A DNA stretch of 59,769 nucleotides from contig NC_057719.1 in the NCBI RefSeq assembly GCF_004010195.1, positions 29,054,556 through 29,114,324 of the forward strand, in the 5' to 3' direction. Shown here one piece after another: positions 1 to 12,229 of the stretch (the first letter of the stretch is position 1; every line of letters starts with the position of its first letter). The position numbers were made by a program, and so were the translations under genes. A model generated the notes under the pieces. That model was not told the origin of the DNA. It searched no databases and was given only the letters and a program-made list of their open reading frames with translations. Source of the DNA: Chiloscyllium plagiosum (Eukaryota).

Positions 1-212
1 GGTTTGATTCCAGCCTCGGGTGACTGTCTGTATGGAGTTTGCACATTCTCCCCATGTCTGCGTGGGTTTCCTCCAGGTGTTCCAGTTTGCTCCCACAGTC
101 CAAAGATGTGCAGGTCAGGTGAATTGGTCATGCTAAAATTGCCCATAGTGTTAGGTGCATTAGTCAAAGGGAAATGGGCCTGGTTGGGCCGACAGGCCTG
201 TTGGGTAATGTG
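1..212 (+). mobile_element. tRNA-derived V-SINE (HE1-like), cut by window start
   Basis: B-box remnant plus the core GTTTGCACATTCTCCCC..TGCGTGGGTTTCCTCC..CCCACAGTCCAAAGATGTGCAGG shared with the other SINE copies. Confidence 0.85.
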
Positions 213-355
213 AGGAAAAATCTTTTACACGCAGTGAGTAGTTAGGGTATGGAATGAACTGCCTAGAAAAGTAGTGGAGGCGTGTTTAATTGAGGCATTC
301 AAGAGAGCATTTGATATTTTTTGAATAGTAATGATGTGCAGAGATGTGAAGATAC

Positions 356-986
356 TGTGGCATTTTGTCCATTTTTAATGAAGAAAGGTTGAGACAGAGG
401 TGCCGAGCAATCTGTCCTATGTAATAAAGTAAACAGCTTGTGAGTCTTTGAGCTTTTTTTAAAATTGGAACAATAGAATCAGCCTGAATGGGTGGGGTCA
501 AGCTCCTACAGAACTTGGATTTTAATTTTAGCTTTCTGTAGTTGCTGGAGTCTTGAGTCTGGATGTGGAAGCTGTGATTCCTCTCTCTGTTACTGCTAAA
601 GTTGGGGTTCTGTGCCAGCTGCTAGAATTGCATGTAAGACAATCTATTTGCTGAATTTGTCAAGGATGTGTTTATGGGATGTCACTATATTGGAACAATT
701 ACTTACTAATAATTGATATATATATATATACATATATATTTTATACATATATTATTTTGTTAAGCATTTCGGTAGAGTTATAGTTCGCCAGTTTTATTCT
801 ATATTTAATTTTGACTGTGTTTTAACTGTAATGTATGAATAAAATGTGTTTGCTTCAAGCCTGGTAGTTTAATCAATCAAATTGCATCCAGAATGCAATG
901 CCTGGCACTTACCTTTAAATAAGAAAAAGTTAGGGTCTGGATATCTCCTTGACATGTTTTGAGGGGTTTTGGTCTGGTCCATATCA
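356..986 (+). mobile_element. Solo LTR related to the Gmr1-like Gypsy LTRs
   Basis: 3' end (aaagttagggtctgg...tgttttgagggg...ctggtccatatca) matches the 3' ends of the LTRs ending at 5180, 10894 and 21207; internal AATAAA. The 5' boundary is approximate and no TSD was seen. Confidence 0.6.
716..750. repeat. Imperfect (TA)n microsatellite
   Basis: atatatatatatatacatatatat... seen directly. Confidence 0.8.
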
Positions 987-2142
987 GGGGCAAGAGGAAA
1001 AGGTAGGAGATTGTCACTAGATAATAGAGATGGAGAAGGTAATAGAGCCAGTGCAGGTACGCTGGGCCAAATATTCTGAACCATCATAATTCTATGATTC
1101 TGTGCCCCTTCAAGCATCCATAGTTGATATATCAAAGCCACTTTTCGACTGACCACCCCATTAAGGAATTGTCTGAAATTGTGGTTTACATAGAACCCAA
1201 ATACAAACTCTTTGTAATGGTTACAATTGTAGAAGCCACCAGAGTTTTTGCAAGCCAGATGTATCACCTATAGCCATGTTACAAATTCAGGAATGTATCA
1301 TCAACTTGTGGAATGTATAAAAGGGAAGGATTATTGTTTATTCAAACATAACTAGATGATCTTGATTTGAACCCAATGCATTTTTAAAATGTATTCATGG
1401 AATATGGATATCACTGGTTAAACCACCATTCATTGCCCATCCTTGATTGTTCTAAACAAGATAAACTACCTTCTTGAACTGCTGAAATTCTTGGGCTGCA
1501 GAGACACTATAAAGGCTATTTCTTTTTATTTCATCTTCTTATTGCTGTGGACTGAATTAGGAAAACAGCAGTTTTACCGCACTGAGGAAGGAAAAGCAAG
1601 TTACTGAAACTAATTGTAAGTTGTGTTTACACTGTTGCTTTGCAAGCAGTGCTGGAAATGTAAATAGATGACATGGCATCAGAGGTGTGTGTACAAAGTG
1701 AGATTCAGATGGCAACAATTGGCTGACTGATTTGGGCAGTTGTGACCAGTTACAGATGTCAAAATGTGCTGGCAATTCTCAGATTGGTTCCTGGGCAGCT
1801 GAACAGCTTGTAGGTGTGAATTATACAGAGAAAAGCTCTCAGATCACTGGAAGACGAGGTCAGGAATCTATCTGACCTGTAAAATATCTAAAGAGCACTC
1901 AAGCAGATGTTTTCTCCCACCAGTTGCTGTAAGCTATTACTTTTAACCAACAAAACAGTGACTTTATAATTTGTGAATCAATCACTCAGTGCTTCATGTG
2001 AAGAAGTGAAAGAAGCCAAAAGAAAAAATTTGAAGAACTGAAGGTCTTTGGAAGGGGTCTACATCAAAACCTGAAGACTGGTTCTATTGAACTGTTTCCC
2101 TGGTTTTTTTCACTCTATTTGTAATCCCAATGTATTTTTGTC

Positions 2143-2163
2143 TATATATATATATATATATAT

Positions 2164-2202
<39 letters not shown>
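2143..2202. repeat. Compound (TA)n(GA)n microsatellite, followed by a 20-bp direct repeat
   Basis: Seen directly; tttaaaagaaatttgagagt occurs twice just downstream. Confidence 0.9.
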
Positions 2203-2205
<3 letters not shown>

Positions 2206-2307
2206 TTTAAAAGAAATTTGAGAGTTTTAACTTTAAAAGAAATTTGAGAGTCATATATTAAAAGTTCACAATTGTCTACCCATGGTTCGAATCTATATAT
2301 TTGTCAC

Positions 2308-3230
2308 TGTTATGAGGTTGTAGATGTGTACTGTACCTTTAAGGGAGCTGAAATTTCTGGCTGGCACACAGTGTGCTGAAAGATTTAAATGCGTAATATT
2401 TGGTTGACACAAATAACTGGAGCTGCGATACCATGGTACAAAATAAATTCTAATTCAGCCAATCAGTTTAAATTATACCCGAGATAGCAAAACCCAATCA
2501 AATTTGAATTTTACTGTTTTGGATGACAACAAAACAATGAAATGGTCCAATGTTTTGGATTTGGATAAAATTAGACATTTTGAACAGTTAGGGGAGAACA
2601 GCAAAGAGCTGCCAAGCACCAACATAATAGCCAGCAGACTAGCTCTCTGAAAGGTACCTGTCCATAAGAAATATGTGCAGCAGAACACCAAAGCTGACCT
2701 AGAGAAATCTACAGAGAAAGTCTGAAGATGACAATTGGTTTTTGAAAGTGGTTTGTCATAAATTTAAGAGGGAATTTATCGGACCAGTATTGTAGAGTGG
2801 AAGGGAAAAATAAGTTTAAGAGAAAGGAGTTGTAAATAGTTGTTGTTTAATGCTTTCCTTTGGACTTAAAGAATAAAGTTGTTAATTTTTTTAAAAATAA
2901 TGATATTTGGGATAGTTCTTTGCCACTCGAAATTTAACAGATTACGGCACAAGGTGAACTTTTCTGTGTAGGAGAAAGTGAGGACTGCAGATGCTGGAGA
3001 TCAGAGCTGAAAATGTGTTGCTGGAAAAGCACAGCAGGTCAGGCAGCATCCAAGGAGCAGGAGAATCAACGTTTCGGGCATGAGCCTGAAGAAGGGCTCA
3101 TGCCCGAAACATTGATTCTCCTGCTCCTTGGATGCTGCCAGACTTGCTGCGCTTTTCCAGCAACACATTTTCAGAACTTTTCTGTGTGGCTGGTTTAAAT
3201 TAGTAGAGGGGATTACCTTGTGTTGTAATA
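2308..3230 (+). mobile_element. Solo LTR, family B
   Basis: Colinear with 21360-22085 (tgttatga.gttgta...ccaatcag.ttaaattat...gaataaa...ggtttaaattag..ga); interrupted by 2970-3173. Confidence 0.75.
2970..3173. mobile_element. Palindromic Penelope-derived non-autonomous element with degenerate hammerhead motif
   Basis: ~80-bp inverted arms; core CTGAAGA-A-GGGC-TCAT-GCCC-GAAAC at 3086-3110; 14-bp TSD GAACTTTTCTGTGT (2956-2969 / 3174-3187). Confidence 0.8.
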
Positions 3231-4031
3231 ATAACAAATAGTGTTTTTTGTTAAGTAAAGAAACCTTATTCTGTTTCCCTTATTCTATCAGACATGTAAA
3301 GTGGGAATATTGCATAATTTGACAAAAGTTTGAACTTTTGTGATGACTCCAGGATTAGTCAGCGTGCTACCCCAATGAGGCATAACAACATCTACACTAC
3401 TGTTAGGCAGGGAGTTCCACGATTTTATCAATTGATAGAATAGTGATTTTGTTCCAAGTCAGAACAGTGTGTGATTTGAAGGGAAACTTGTAGTGATGGT
3501 GTTGCTATGCATCTGCTGTCCCTTTCCTTCAAGCTGGTAGAGATTGCAGGTATGAAAGATTCTGTCTAAAGAGCCTTGGTGATTTATTGCAGTGCATCTT
3601 ATTGTTGGTAGTGCTGTTGCTATTGTGAATTGCTAGTGAAGAAAATGAACATTGAATGTGCTGGATGCACTACCAAACAAACAGGCTACTTTGACCTGAA
3701 TGATGTCAAAGATATTTGAGTGCAGTTGGAGATGTACTCATCCAGCCAAATGGAAAGTATCCCATCATACATCTGACCTCTCCTTTGTAGATACTGGAAA
3801 GTCATTTTGGGAGACAATCTTAATACATTATTCTGGAATGAGGTCTTTGCATACAGGTTTAATCTCAATTAAAAGCTTTAAAAGATAGTTCCGTTGGTTG
3901 GAGAAGGACTGATAAATCGGAATTGCAACGAGCTTCCATATACAGTAAAATCACAATAAGTTGAATTGCAGACGGCCGCCCACCAATTCTTGTTAAGCAG
4001 TGCTTCGAAAGGGACAAAGAAGCTACTATGT

Positions 4032-4178
4032 AACAGAAAGAGAAATTGCTGGAAAAACTCAGTTCTGGACAACTGAAATGTTAACTCTGCTTTCTCTGCA
4101 CAAATGCTACCAGACACGCTTAGGTGCTTCAGCAATTTCTGTTTTAATTTCTGATTCCTAGCATTTGCAGTTCTTTGC
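4032..4178. mobile_element. Degenerate Penelope-derived repeat (same family as 46655-46757)
   Basis: gaaatgttaact...tttctctgcaca.atgct.ccagac...agcaa.ttctgtttt shared with 46677-46750; partial fold-back. Confidence 0.55.
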
Positions 4179-4646
4179 AATTTTTTTTGTTAAACTGTTA
4201 TGTCACTTGATTTGCCTGCAAATGAATCACTGTCAAAAAACAACAAATTATAACTCAGTGAAGCAGCAAATTTATGAAAAATATCTTTATTTTTCAATTT
4301 GTTCACACCGTACAATGGCTTGATCTTGTACAATGAAAGGCTTTGAAAATCATTGTGAGTTATTTCTGGAAAAACTCAGAAATCATTTTCTTCTCCAGAC
4401 AAATCCACCTTGTTATGAATGCAGTCAAACATACATTCTATGTTTTTGTGACACAGAACAAGATCTCAGCATATCTCTCCTATCTTTGTAGCTTCAGCTC
4501 GGGAAGCAGATGGTTGAAAGGGCAGCTATTCATCTAATCCTTCCGGATCATCAAGGTGAATATCTTGCTTTTTATCCATTCATTTATTTTGTCTATTTTT
4601 TCTCCCAAAAATTATAGAGGGCATCCAGGCCTTTTATTGGCCTCAT

Positions 4647-5180
4647 TGTCACGAAGCTGGTCCATTTTCAAAGTTACTATGCATTTGAGTTTTTTTCAGA
4701 GAGGGGGAAAATTGGCCAGCCTCCAAACAGGCTGGGTTTGAAAGGTTTATTGGGGCCCTTTTTGTTTACCCCTAACAGATAATGCCTCCAGCCTAAGGCT
4801 TTCATGTCTTTTAAAAAACAGTATAATCAAGGGGACATGGCCAGCTGTCTAGCTGCACAGTTTGGGGGTTAGTTGAGTCAGGAAACTGGAAACTCTCTAC
4901 CTCCTTCTGCCCTTCTGACTTTGTAACCTGTAAGTTTTTTGTGTCATTTTTACTCTTTGTGCTAAGGGGAACAGCATCATTAAGTTGGGATAGCCTGTTG
5001 GTTCATTGTGTTTCATTCTCTAATTTTGTAAATAAATTATGTTTGTTTAAAACTTGGCAATCAGACCAGCTAATTCATTCCTGGAGTATCCACCGTACAC
5101 CTACCTGAAAGAAATAGCAAAGTTACGGTCTGGGCTACCTGCTTAAAAATGTTTTGAGGGGTCGGGCCTGGTCTATAACA
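4647..5180 (+). repeat. 5' LTR
   Basis: tgtcac...taaca; direct repeat of 10280-10894 with internal deletions. Confidence 0.92.
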
Positions 5181-5328
5181 GATTGGGGACTCTTTGTGGG
5201 ACTTGTTTGTAGTTCCAAATTGGGATTTGGTATTCGAATTGTTTGGACTCAGAGGCAGCGAGTGGCAGGTATTGATATCTTTTATTTCAGGTGTTGATTT
5301 GGTTGGGTAAAAATAGTTTGGGATAGCA

Positions 5329-6670
5329 ATGGTTTTTTCAGTCACCAAGAGTTTTCTAGAGGTGGAAGAAGTGACCTTGGGGATTTTAAAAAAGGTAGAT
5401 AAGGTCAAGCTGCAGGAATTAGTAGGCAAGCTGGAGTTAGAGCTACCTCCTAATGTGAGGAAAGGTGAGATGATTACAACAATAGCTCAGCTTTTAAATT
5501 TGCTGAAAACACCATCAGGATCTGTAGAGATGGCAAACATTCAATTGCAAATGAAGCAGCTTGAGTTAGAGGCGAGAGATAAGGAAAGGGCAGCAGAAAT
5601 GAAACAATTTGAGTTACGATTAAAAGCAGAAGAGAAAGAAAACGAATGAAGGGCTTTAGCAGAAGAGAAAGAAAGAGTTTGAACTCCAGAAAATGACACT
5701 TAGAAAGGAAAGTCGGCTTAAAAGGATGGAGATGAAGGCTGAGGGTAGCTCAGTGAGGAAGAGAATGAGGATGAGCAAGCTGCTGGTAGTCAGAAGCCTA
5801 GTGAGAAACTGTTTAAGTATGGTCAAGCATTGCCTAAATTTGATGAGAAAGATACGGAAGCCCTTTTCATCTCATTTGAAAAAATGGCTAAACAAATACA
5901 GTGGCCAGTGACCATGTGGGTTTTGTTAATCCAAATCAAACTTCTAGGTAGAGCTAGTGAGGTATTCGCATCACTATCAGAGGAGGCATCGGGGAGTATG
6001 AGAAGATAAAAAAGCCATCTTAAGTGCATATGAGCTTGTACCAGAAGCCTACATAGAGGAAGCTCAATTATCCAAAGGTCACGGGCGGGGAGTATTTGGT
6101 TCGGCTAATCGAATTCTGGATAATTGAATGCTGGATTATATTATAGCTAAGCATTGCGACCTTGCAATCTTGTCAGATAATCCGATATTCAGATAATCAA
6201 GGTTCCTCTATAGACAATGGAATCTAAGGAGGGACCCTGGTCAAACCTATATTGAGTTTGAAAGAATCAAAGAAAGTAATTTTGATAGGTGGATAAGTGC
6301 TTTAAAAATACTGCAAACCTATGACACTCTTGGAGGAATTCAAAAATTCACTGCCTGAAGTAGTGCACACTCATGTGGAAGAGCAGAGAGTTAAAACGGC
6401 AAGGGTAGCAGCTGAAGTGGCTGATGATTATGAGTTGATCTATGAAACACAGTTTGGCTTCCAAAATCATCTTCAATCGACGAGGGATAGAAATTTGGGC
6501 AAAGAGAAATCCTCACATGGAAAGGGAAAGGTAAATCTCTGTGAAGATTATAAGGATAACTTACCACAGGGTTAAAAAGGAAATCTTCCCAAGGGACAAC
6601 AAAGGTAAAAAGCTTTGGTGTTTTCATTGCAATGAAGTAGGCCACATGAAATTAGTGTTCGTGGGTTAAG
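5329..6670 (+). pseudogene. Gypsy gag (coiled coil, SCAN-like capsid region, CCHC knuckle), disrupted
   Basis: Fragments LPKFDEKDTEALFISFEKMAKQIQWP, AYELVPEAY, LEEFKNSLPEVVHTHVEEQRVKTARVAAEVADDYE and CFHCNEVGH (~6619-6645). Confidence 0.8.
6054..6210. mobile_element. 157-bp MITE (Tc1/mariner, pogo/Tigger-like) inserted in gag
   Basis: Imperfect TIRs TAGAGGAAGCTCAATTATC / GATAATCAAGGTTCCTCTA, internal GATAAT repeats, TA on the right flank; removal rejoins gag at EAY-RQ. Confidence 0.75.
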
Positions 6671-6736
6671 AAAAAGCCTGATGTATAGAAACAGGACATG
6701 CCTGGGAGTTTTGTTGGAGTGGTAACATAAAGCACA

Positions 6737-7140
6737 GTGGAAGCAAGAAAGCTGAATCAGAGTGTACAAGCTGATCAGAGATTGGTTAAGGAGGAAGTGC
6801 CAGATCTGCTTAGAAAATATACCTACAAGGGTAAAGTTTATTCACATAGGCCAGGAACAGCAGGTAGAGAGGTTACAATATTAAGGAACACAGGATCTGT
6901 GGTGTTGAAGGATGAGGAGATATGTACACATGAGGGACAATTGCCAGAAAAGGTACTGGTAACAGGAATTCATGGTGAGACAAAACATGCTCAGTTAAGT
7001 AAAGCGAGGTTAGAGTGTCCAGAGAAGAGTGAAGAATTTGTGGTAGGCTTACTGGACAAACTCTCAGTTCCAGAAATACAATTTGTCCTTGCAAATGATA
7101 TAGCTGTTTCACTGGTAGGAGTACTGCTACTGTGGTTGAA
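6737..7140 (+). pseudogene. Gypsy aspartic protease, disrupted
   Basis: VTILRNTGS (catalytic D to N relative to LRDTG) and IQFVLANDIA (ILGND-type motif). Confidence 0.7.
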
Positions 7141-7578
7141 AAGCCAATGGAGACTTAGGCAACTGAAGCAATGCAGAACCGTTATCCTGTAATCTTTCCT
7201 GATTGTGTGGTAATGAGGTCACAAAGTCACCAGTTGAAACAGGAGAGCTCAAAGGCTATAGATAAGGAAGCTGAAGTGGCATTAGCAGAGACTTTATTTG
7301 ATCAGATAGTTGAGATAAAACAGGAGCAAATCAGTGATCATGCAAATATTTTTAGCTTAGCTGAACTAATTGAGTTACAGCAGAAAGATGACAATTTAAA
7401 ACAGTTGTATCAAAAGGCATACGCAGAAAAGGAATCTGAATGTATCCCTAAGTGTTATTACCTGAAAAATTATGTCTTGATGAGGAATTGGAGACCATCA
7501 CATATTCAGGCAGATGAGAAATGGGCAGAAATTCATCAAATTGTCTTGCCAGTGGGGTATAGAAGGGAGATGTTGTGA

Positions 7579-8620
7579 GTGGCTCATGAACTACTACTCC
7601 GAGGTCATTTAAGAGTGAGGAAAATACAGGCTAAAATACAAAGTCAGTTTTATTTGCCTGGACGGCACATGGATGTAGTTGAATTTTGCCAGATGTGTCA
7701 TACATGTCAGGTAATTGGAAAACCACAGGCGATAATAACACCTGCAATTTTAAGACCTGTTTCAGCATTTAAGGAACCTTTTACAAAAGTCTTAATTGAT
7801 TGCGTAGGTGCCTTACTTCAAACAAAAAGTGCAAATCAGTATTTGCTAGCAATAATGGATGTATTGACAAGATATCCAGGGGCTGTCCCATTATGCAATA
7901 TCACAGCCAAAAGGATTGTAGAGAAATTACTTAAATTTTTAAAATTTTAGATATGGGCTACCAATAGAGATACAGTCAGATCCAGGGTCACACTTCACAT
8001 CCAAACTATTCAAGGAAGTTATGGACAGCTTAGGAATAAAACAATTCCAATCTAATGCATACCATCCAGAATTGCAGGGAGTGCTAGAAAGGTGACATCA
8101 AACATTAATGACCATGTTGAGGGCCTACAGTCAAGACTATCCACATGATTGGGATAAGGGAATTCCTTTTATGCTTTTTGTGATCAGAGATGCATCAAAT
8201 GAATCAACCAAATTCAGTCCATTTGGATTAGTTTTTGGGCATGAAGTGAGAGGACCATTAAAATTGATTAAGGAGAAAGTAGTAGGTCAGAATTCAGAGA
8301 CCATGCATTTGGCCTCTGTGTCAAATTTTAGGGAACAATTAAATAGAGCAGAGAAGTTGGCTAGACCACATTTAAAAATATAGCAGTATTCAATGCAACA
8401 GAAAGAAGACAAGAAATCACAAATTCGCAATGTTGCTACTGGGGATAAGGTATTAGTATTATTTCCAGTCATAGGTTAACCTTTAAAAGCAAGGTTTAGT
8501 GGATCTTATCAAATCAAAAGGAAATTAAGTGAGGTGAACTTCTTGGTAGAGACATTAGACAGGAACAAACCTCACAGAGTGTGTCATGTAAATATGCTAT
8601 AAAGGTATTTTGACATGGAG
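7579..8620 (+). pseudogene. Gypsy integrase (HHCC, DDE core, GPY/F), upstream of RT
   Basis: AHE..GHL...FCQMCHTCQ, VLIDCVG, IQSD, YHPELQGVLER, FSPFGLVFGHEVRGPL, KARFSGSYQI. Confidence 0.88.
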
Positions 8621-8869
8621 GGAAAGCATGAGGAGAAGGTATTAATGATTACAACACAGAAGGAAGAACCAAGTCCAAAGGATTCTGCACTGGACATTCC
8701 TCAAATTAAATTGGACAATGAAGAAGTTGTCAAAAATTGGGATTGAATATTGAGAAAAATTGAAATGACCTGAAAGAGTTACTACTATTACATGGGGGGA
8801 TATGCAGAAATAAACTGGGAAGTACTAATCTAATTGTGCATGATGTAGATATCAGTGATACTGTTACAA

Positions 8870-10100
8870 TTAAGCTACATCCTTATAGGCATAACCCTCT
8901 AAAGTTGGCGCAGGTTCAGAAAGAGATTGCATGCATGCTCCAAGACAACATAATCGAAGTACAGTGACTGGAGCCCACCTGTAGTAATGATGCCAAAGCC
9001 AGATGGTACCCAATGGTTATTTGTGGACTATTGCAAATTCAATGCAGTTACAAAGACTGATGTATATCATGGTTGGAAGACTGTGTTGAAAAAGTGGGGC
9101 AAGCAACTTACATTTCTAAGTTGGGCTTGCTCAGACGCTGTTGGCAGATACCTTTGTCAGAAAGAGCACCGGCAATTTCGACTTTTGTAATGCCAAATGG
9201 ACTGTATCAGTTTAAAGTCATGCCATTTAGCATGAAAAACACACCAGCCACATTTCAGAGACTAACCAATAAGGTCATTGCTGGATTACCCAACTGTGTG
9301 GTGCACATGGATGCCATCATGGTTTTTAGTCACTCATGGAAGGAACATTTACAACATTTATCAGACTTGTTTGATTGACTTCAGCTTGGTGATAAACCTA
9401 ACTAAAAGTGAAGTTGCCAAAGCACAAGTCACCTTCCTGGGCCATGTTATTGGAAACAGACAAATGGCCCCATGGAATGTGAAACAAAAGTAATTGGGGA
9501 ATTTCCCATACCATTGACAAAAAGAGCAGTACTATGGTTCCTGGGATTGAATGGATTTTATCGAAAGTTTGTGCTGAATTTAGCCGTGTGGCTGCTCCAC
9601 TCACTGAATTGCTAAAGAAAGGCAAGAAGTTTCAGTGAACAGTAAACTGTCAGAAGGCATTTGACAGCCTGAAAACAGTGTTAACCACTGCCCCAGTAAT
9701 AGCCACACCTGATTAGGCAAAGCCTTTCAAGGTGGCTATCGATGCAAATGATATGGGTGTCGGTGTGGTGCTCCTTCAGGAAGATGACGAAAAGATAGAA
9801 AGACCTAGCAGGTAATTTTCCAGAACATTGAACGTTCATCAGCAGAAATACTCAACAGTTGAGAAAGAGACTTTGAGCTTGGTGTTGGCATTATAACATT
9901 TCAGTGTTTATATTACCAGCAACACAACTGAGATAATCATATACACTGATCATAACCCACTGAAGTTTGTGGAGAAATTTAAGGACAAAAATACCACACT
10001 GTTTAGATGAAGCTTGCTGTTATAGCCATTCAGTTTGACAATTGTGCATATGGCAGGTTGAGAAAATGTAATTGATGACGTATTGTCGAGACTCGAATGA
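8870..10100 (+). pseudogene. Gypsy reverse transcriptase + RNase H, disrupted
   Basis: PKPDGTQWLFVDYCKFNAVT, GLYQFKVMPFSMKNTPATFQR, HMDAI (YxDD decayed), AIDANDMGVGVVL, YSTVEKE, YTDHNPL. Confidence 0.88.
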
Positions 10101-10279
10101 GAAGCAGAGGCATTCAGTGGTGGGAGTGCAACAGACTGATTCCGAATGTAGTTGTGCATGTTTGAATGTTTATAGTCAGTGCATGTGTATGTGTGTTTTA
10201 GGATACTAAAAACTATTTTTAGGGGTTTTGAGAAATGAAGCCATCTTTGGATATTGATGGGTTTTTTTAAGGGGTGAGG

Positions 10280-10894
10280 TGTCACAAAGCTGGCCCTTTC
10301 TCAAAGTTACTGTGCACTTGAGTTCTTTTAGCAAGGAAATAAGTGGCCAGGCTCCAACTACGCTGGGTTTGAAAGGTTTATTGGGGCCCTTTTTGTTTAC
10401 CCCTAACAGATAATGCCTCCAGCCTAAGGCATACATATCTTAAAGAAAAGTATAATAAAAGAGGCGTGGCCAACTCTTTAGTTGCGCAGATCAGTTCAGT
10501 TTGGGGGTTAGTTGATTCAGGGTCACAGTTGAAACTGGAAGCTCTCTCCCCCCTTCTGCCCTTCTGACTTTGTAACCTGTAAGCTTTTTATGTCATTTTT
10601 ACTTTTTGTGCTAAGAGTTTATTGGGACTGTTGCAAGTATTTTGGAACAGCATCATTAAGTTGGGATAGCCTGTAGAGTTCAATTAGGATAAGTTATTCG
10701 GGTATTCTATTTTTGGTCTATTGTGTTTCATTCTGTAATTTTGTAAATAAATTCTGTTGTTTAAAACTTGGCAGTCAGACCAGCTAATTCACTCTAGGAA
10801 TATCCACTGTACACTCACCTGAAACAAATACCAAAGTTACGGTCTGGGCTACCAGCTTAAGAATGTTTTGAGGGGTCGGGCCTTGTCCATAACA
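10280..10894 (+). repeat. 3' LTR
   Basis: tgtcac...cataaca directly after the PPT, followed by TSD TCAT. Confidence 0.92.
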
Positions 10895-12229
10895 TCATAC
10901 TTTGTGAGTACTATCTTAACATTCAGAAGACTTTTTTTGCACATTCCTATCACAAGAAGTGACAGTTTTTCAGTGCCATCCATGTAATGACAGAACATAG
11001 CAATGACACATTGCTTGTTTCAATTTCTACAATTATATGTTTCTTCTTTCTACATATGAGCATAAGAGCTAGAAGCTGGAGTAGGCAATTCAGTCCCTTG
11101 AGCCTGCTCTGCCATTTGATATAATCATGGCTATTCTCATCTCAGCCTCAATTCCACTTCCTTGCCTTCTCTCCATAAACCTTCAGTATGTTATTATTAA
11201 AAATCTGTCTATCTTCTCCTCAAATTTACTCAATGTCCCACTTACATGACAATCTGGGGTAGTGAATTTCACAGATTCCACCTTTTGGAAGAATTAAGTT
11301 CTCATCATCTCTGTTTTAAATCTACTACCAATCATCCTAAAACTATAACCTCTCATTCTAGGTTGCCTGTCATGAGGAAAAGCCCTCTCTTTATCAATGT
11401 TATCAGTCTTCTTTAGCATCTTTATACTTCAGTTAGATGTCCTCCAGACAGTATAGGCCTAAACTAATCAATCACTCTTCAAAACGCAAACTTTTGTGTC
11501 TGGAATCAATCAAGTGAACTTTCTCTTAACTGCCTCCAGTATAACTGCACCCTTCCACATAGTAAGGCAACCAAAAATTTACGCAATTACCATAATTGGC
11601 CGTTCCCTGGAGATGAGGATGACTCTCGTCCATTATCAGGGTGAGTCCTTGGATGACTGTACAGCCCACTGTGGCTACTGCGTGCTCTGTTACACTTGAG
11701 CAGATGATGGTCATGGGAAGGGGTGGCTGTGGCATTGGTGTAGCAATGCACTCATTTTGCCTGGCTTCCATGTTTTCCTGATGGCAAATCTAATGTGCTT
11801 GATGCTGTCTTGGATGCTCCTCCTCCACTTTGGACAGTCTTGGGCCAGTGATTCCTAAGAATCTGTGGGAATGCTCCCCTTCGCCAGTGAGGTCTTGAGT
11901 GTATGACTGAACTTCTGTCTACCTGGTGCTCACCAGTCATTTCAGAGCTGGGAATAGAGTACCTGCTTGGGGAGTCTCGTGCCACTCATGTGAATGATGT
12001 ACCCAACCCATCATAAATGATCCAGTGTGGTCAGTGACTCGATGCTAGGGAGGTTAGCCTGGTTAAGTATGCCAGTGTTAGTGCATCTTTCTTCTCAGCA
12101 GATTTGCAAGATCTTGTGCAGACAGTGATGGTGTTACTGCTCCAGTGCCTTGAGGTGTCTGCTGTAGACAGTCCATGTCTCAGAGCCTTATAGAAGGTTG
12201 AGAACAACGACAGATCTGTAAACCATGAT

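Larger units (their letters stand above)
1615..3387 (+). mobile_element. Probable old solo LTR hosting a second LTR
   Basis: Begins tgtaag, ends ...ggcataaca, LTR-like composition. No TSD confirmed. Confidence 0.35.
1390..3870 (-). mobile_element. Old LINE (CR1/L2-like) 3' portion split by nested LTR insertions (pieces ~1390-1515 and ~3395-3870)
   Basis: Degenerate ORF2 C-terminus (WMS..PTAL-like, ~3720-3750) and 3'UTR-like sequence on both sides of the LTR block. Confidence 0.45.
4647..10894 (+). mobile_element. Full-length decayed Gmr1-like Ty3/Gypsy LTR retrotransposon (gag-PR-IN-RT-RH)
   Basis: TG..CA LTRs 4647-5180 and 10280-10894; 4-bp TSD TCAT (4643-46 / 10895-98); degenerate tRNA-Pro-type PBS TGGGGACTC 5184-92; PPT aaggggtgagg 10269-79; many stops and frameshifts. 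Confidence 0.93.

Noticed and set aside
3001-3237. Sense and antisense ORFs sharing MCCWKS.A..AASKEQENQ
   Set aside because: Artefact of the DNA palindrome, not a protein family.
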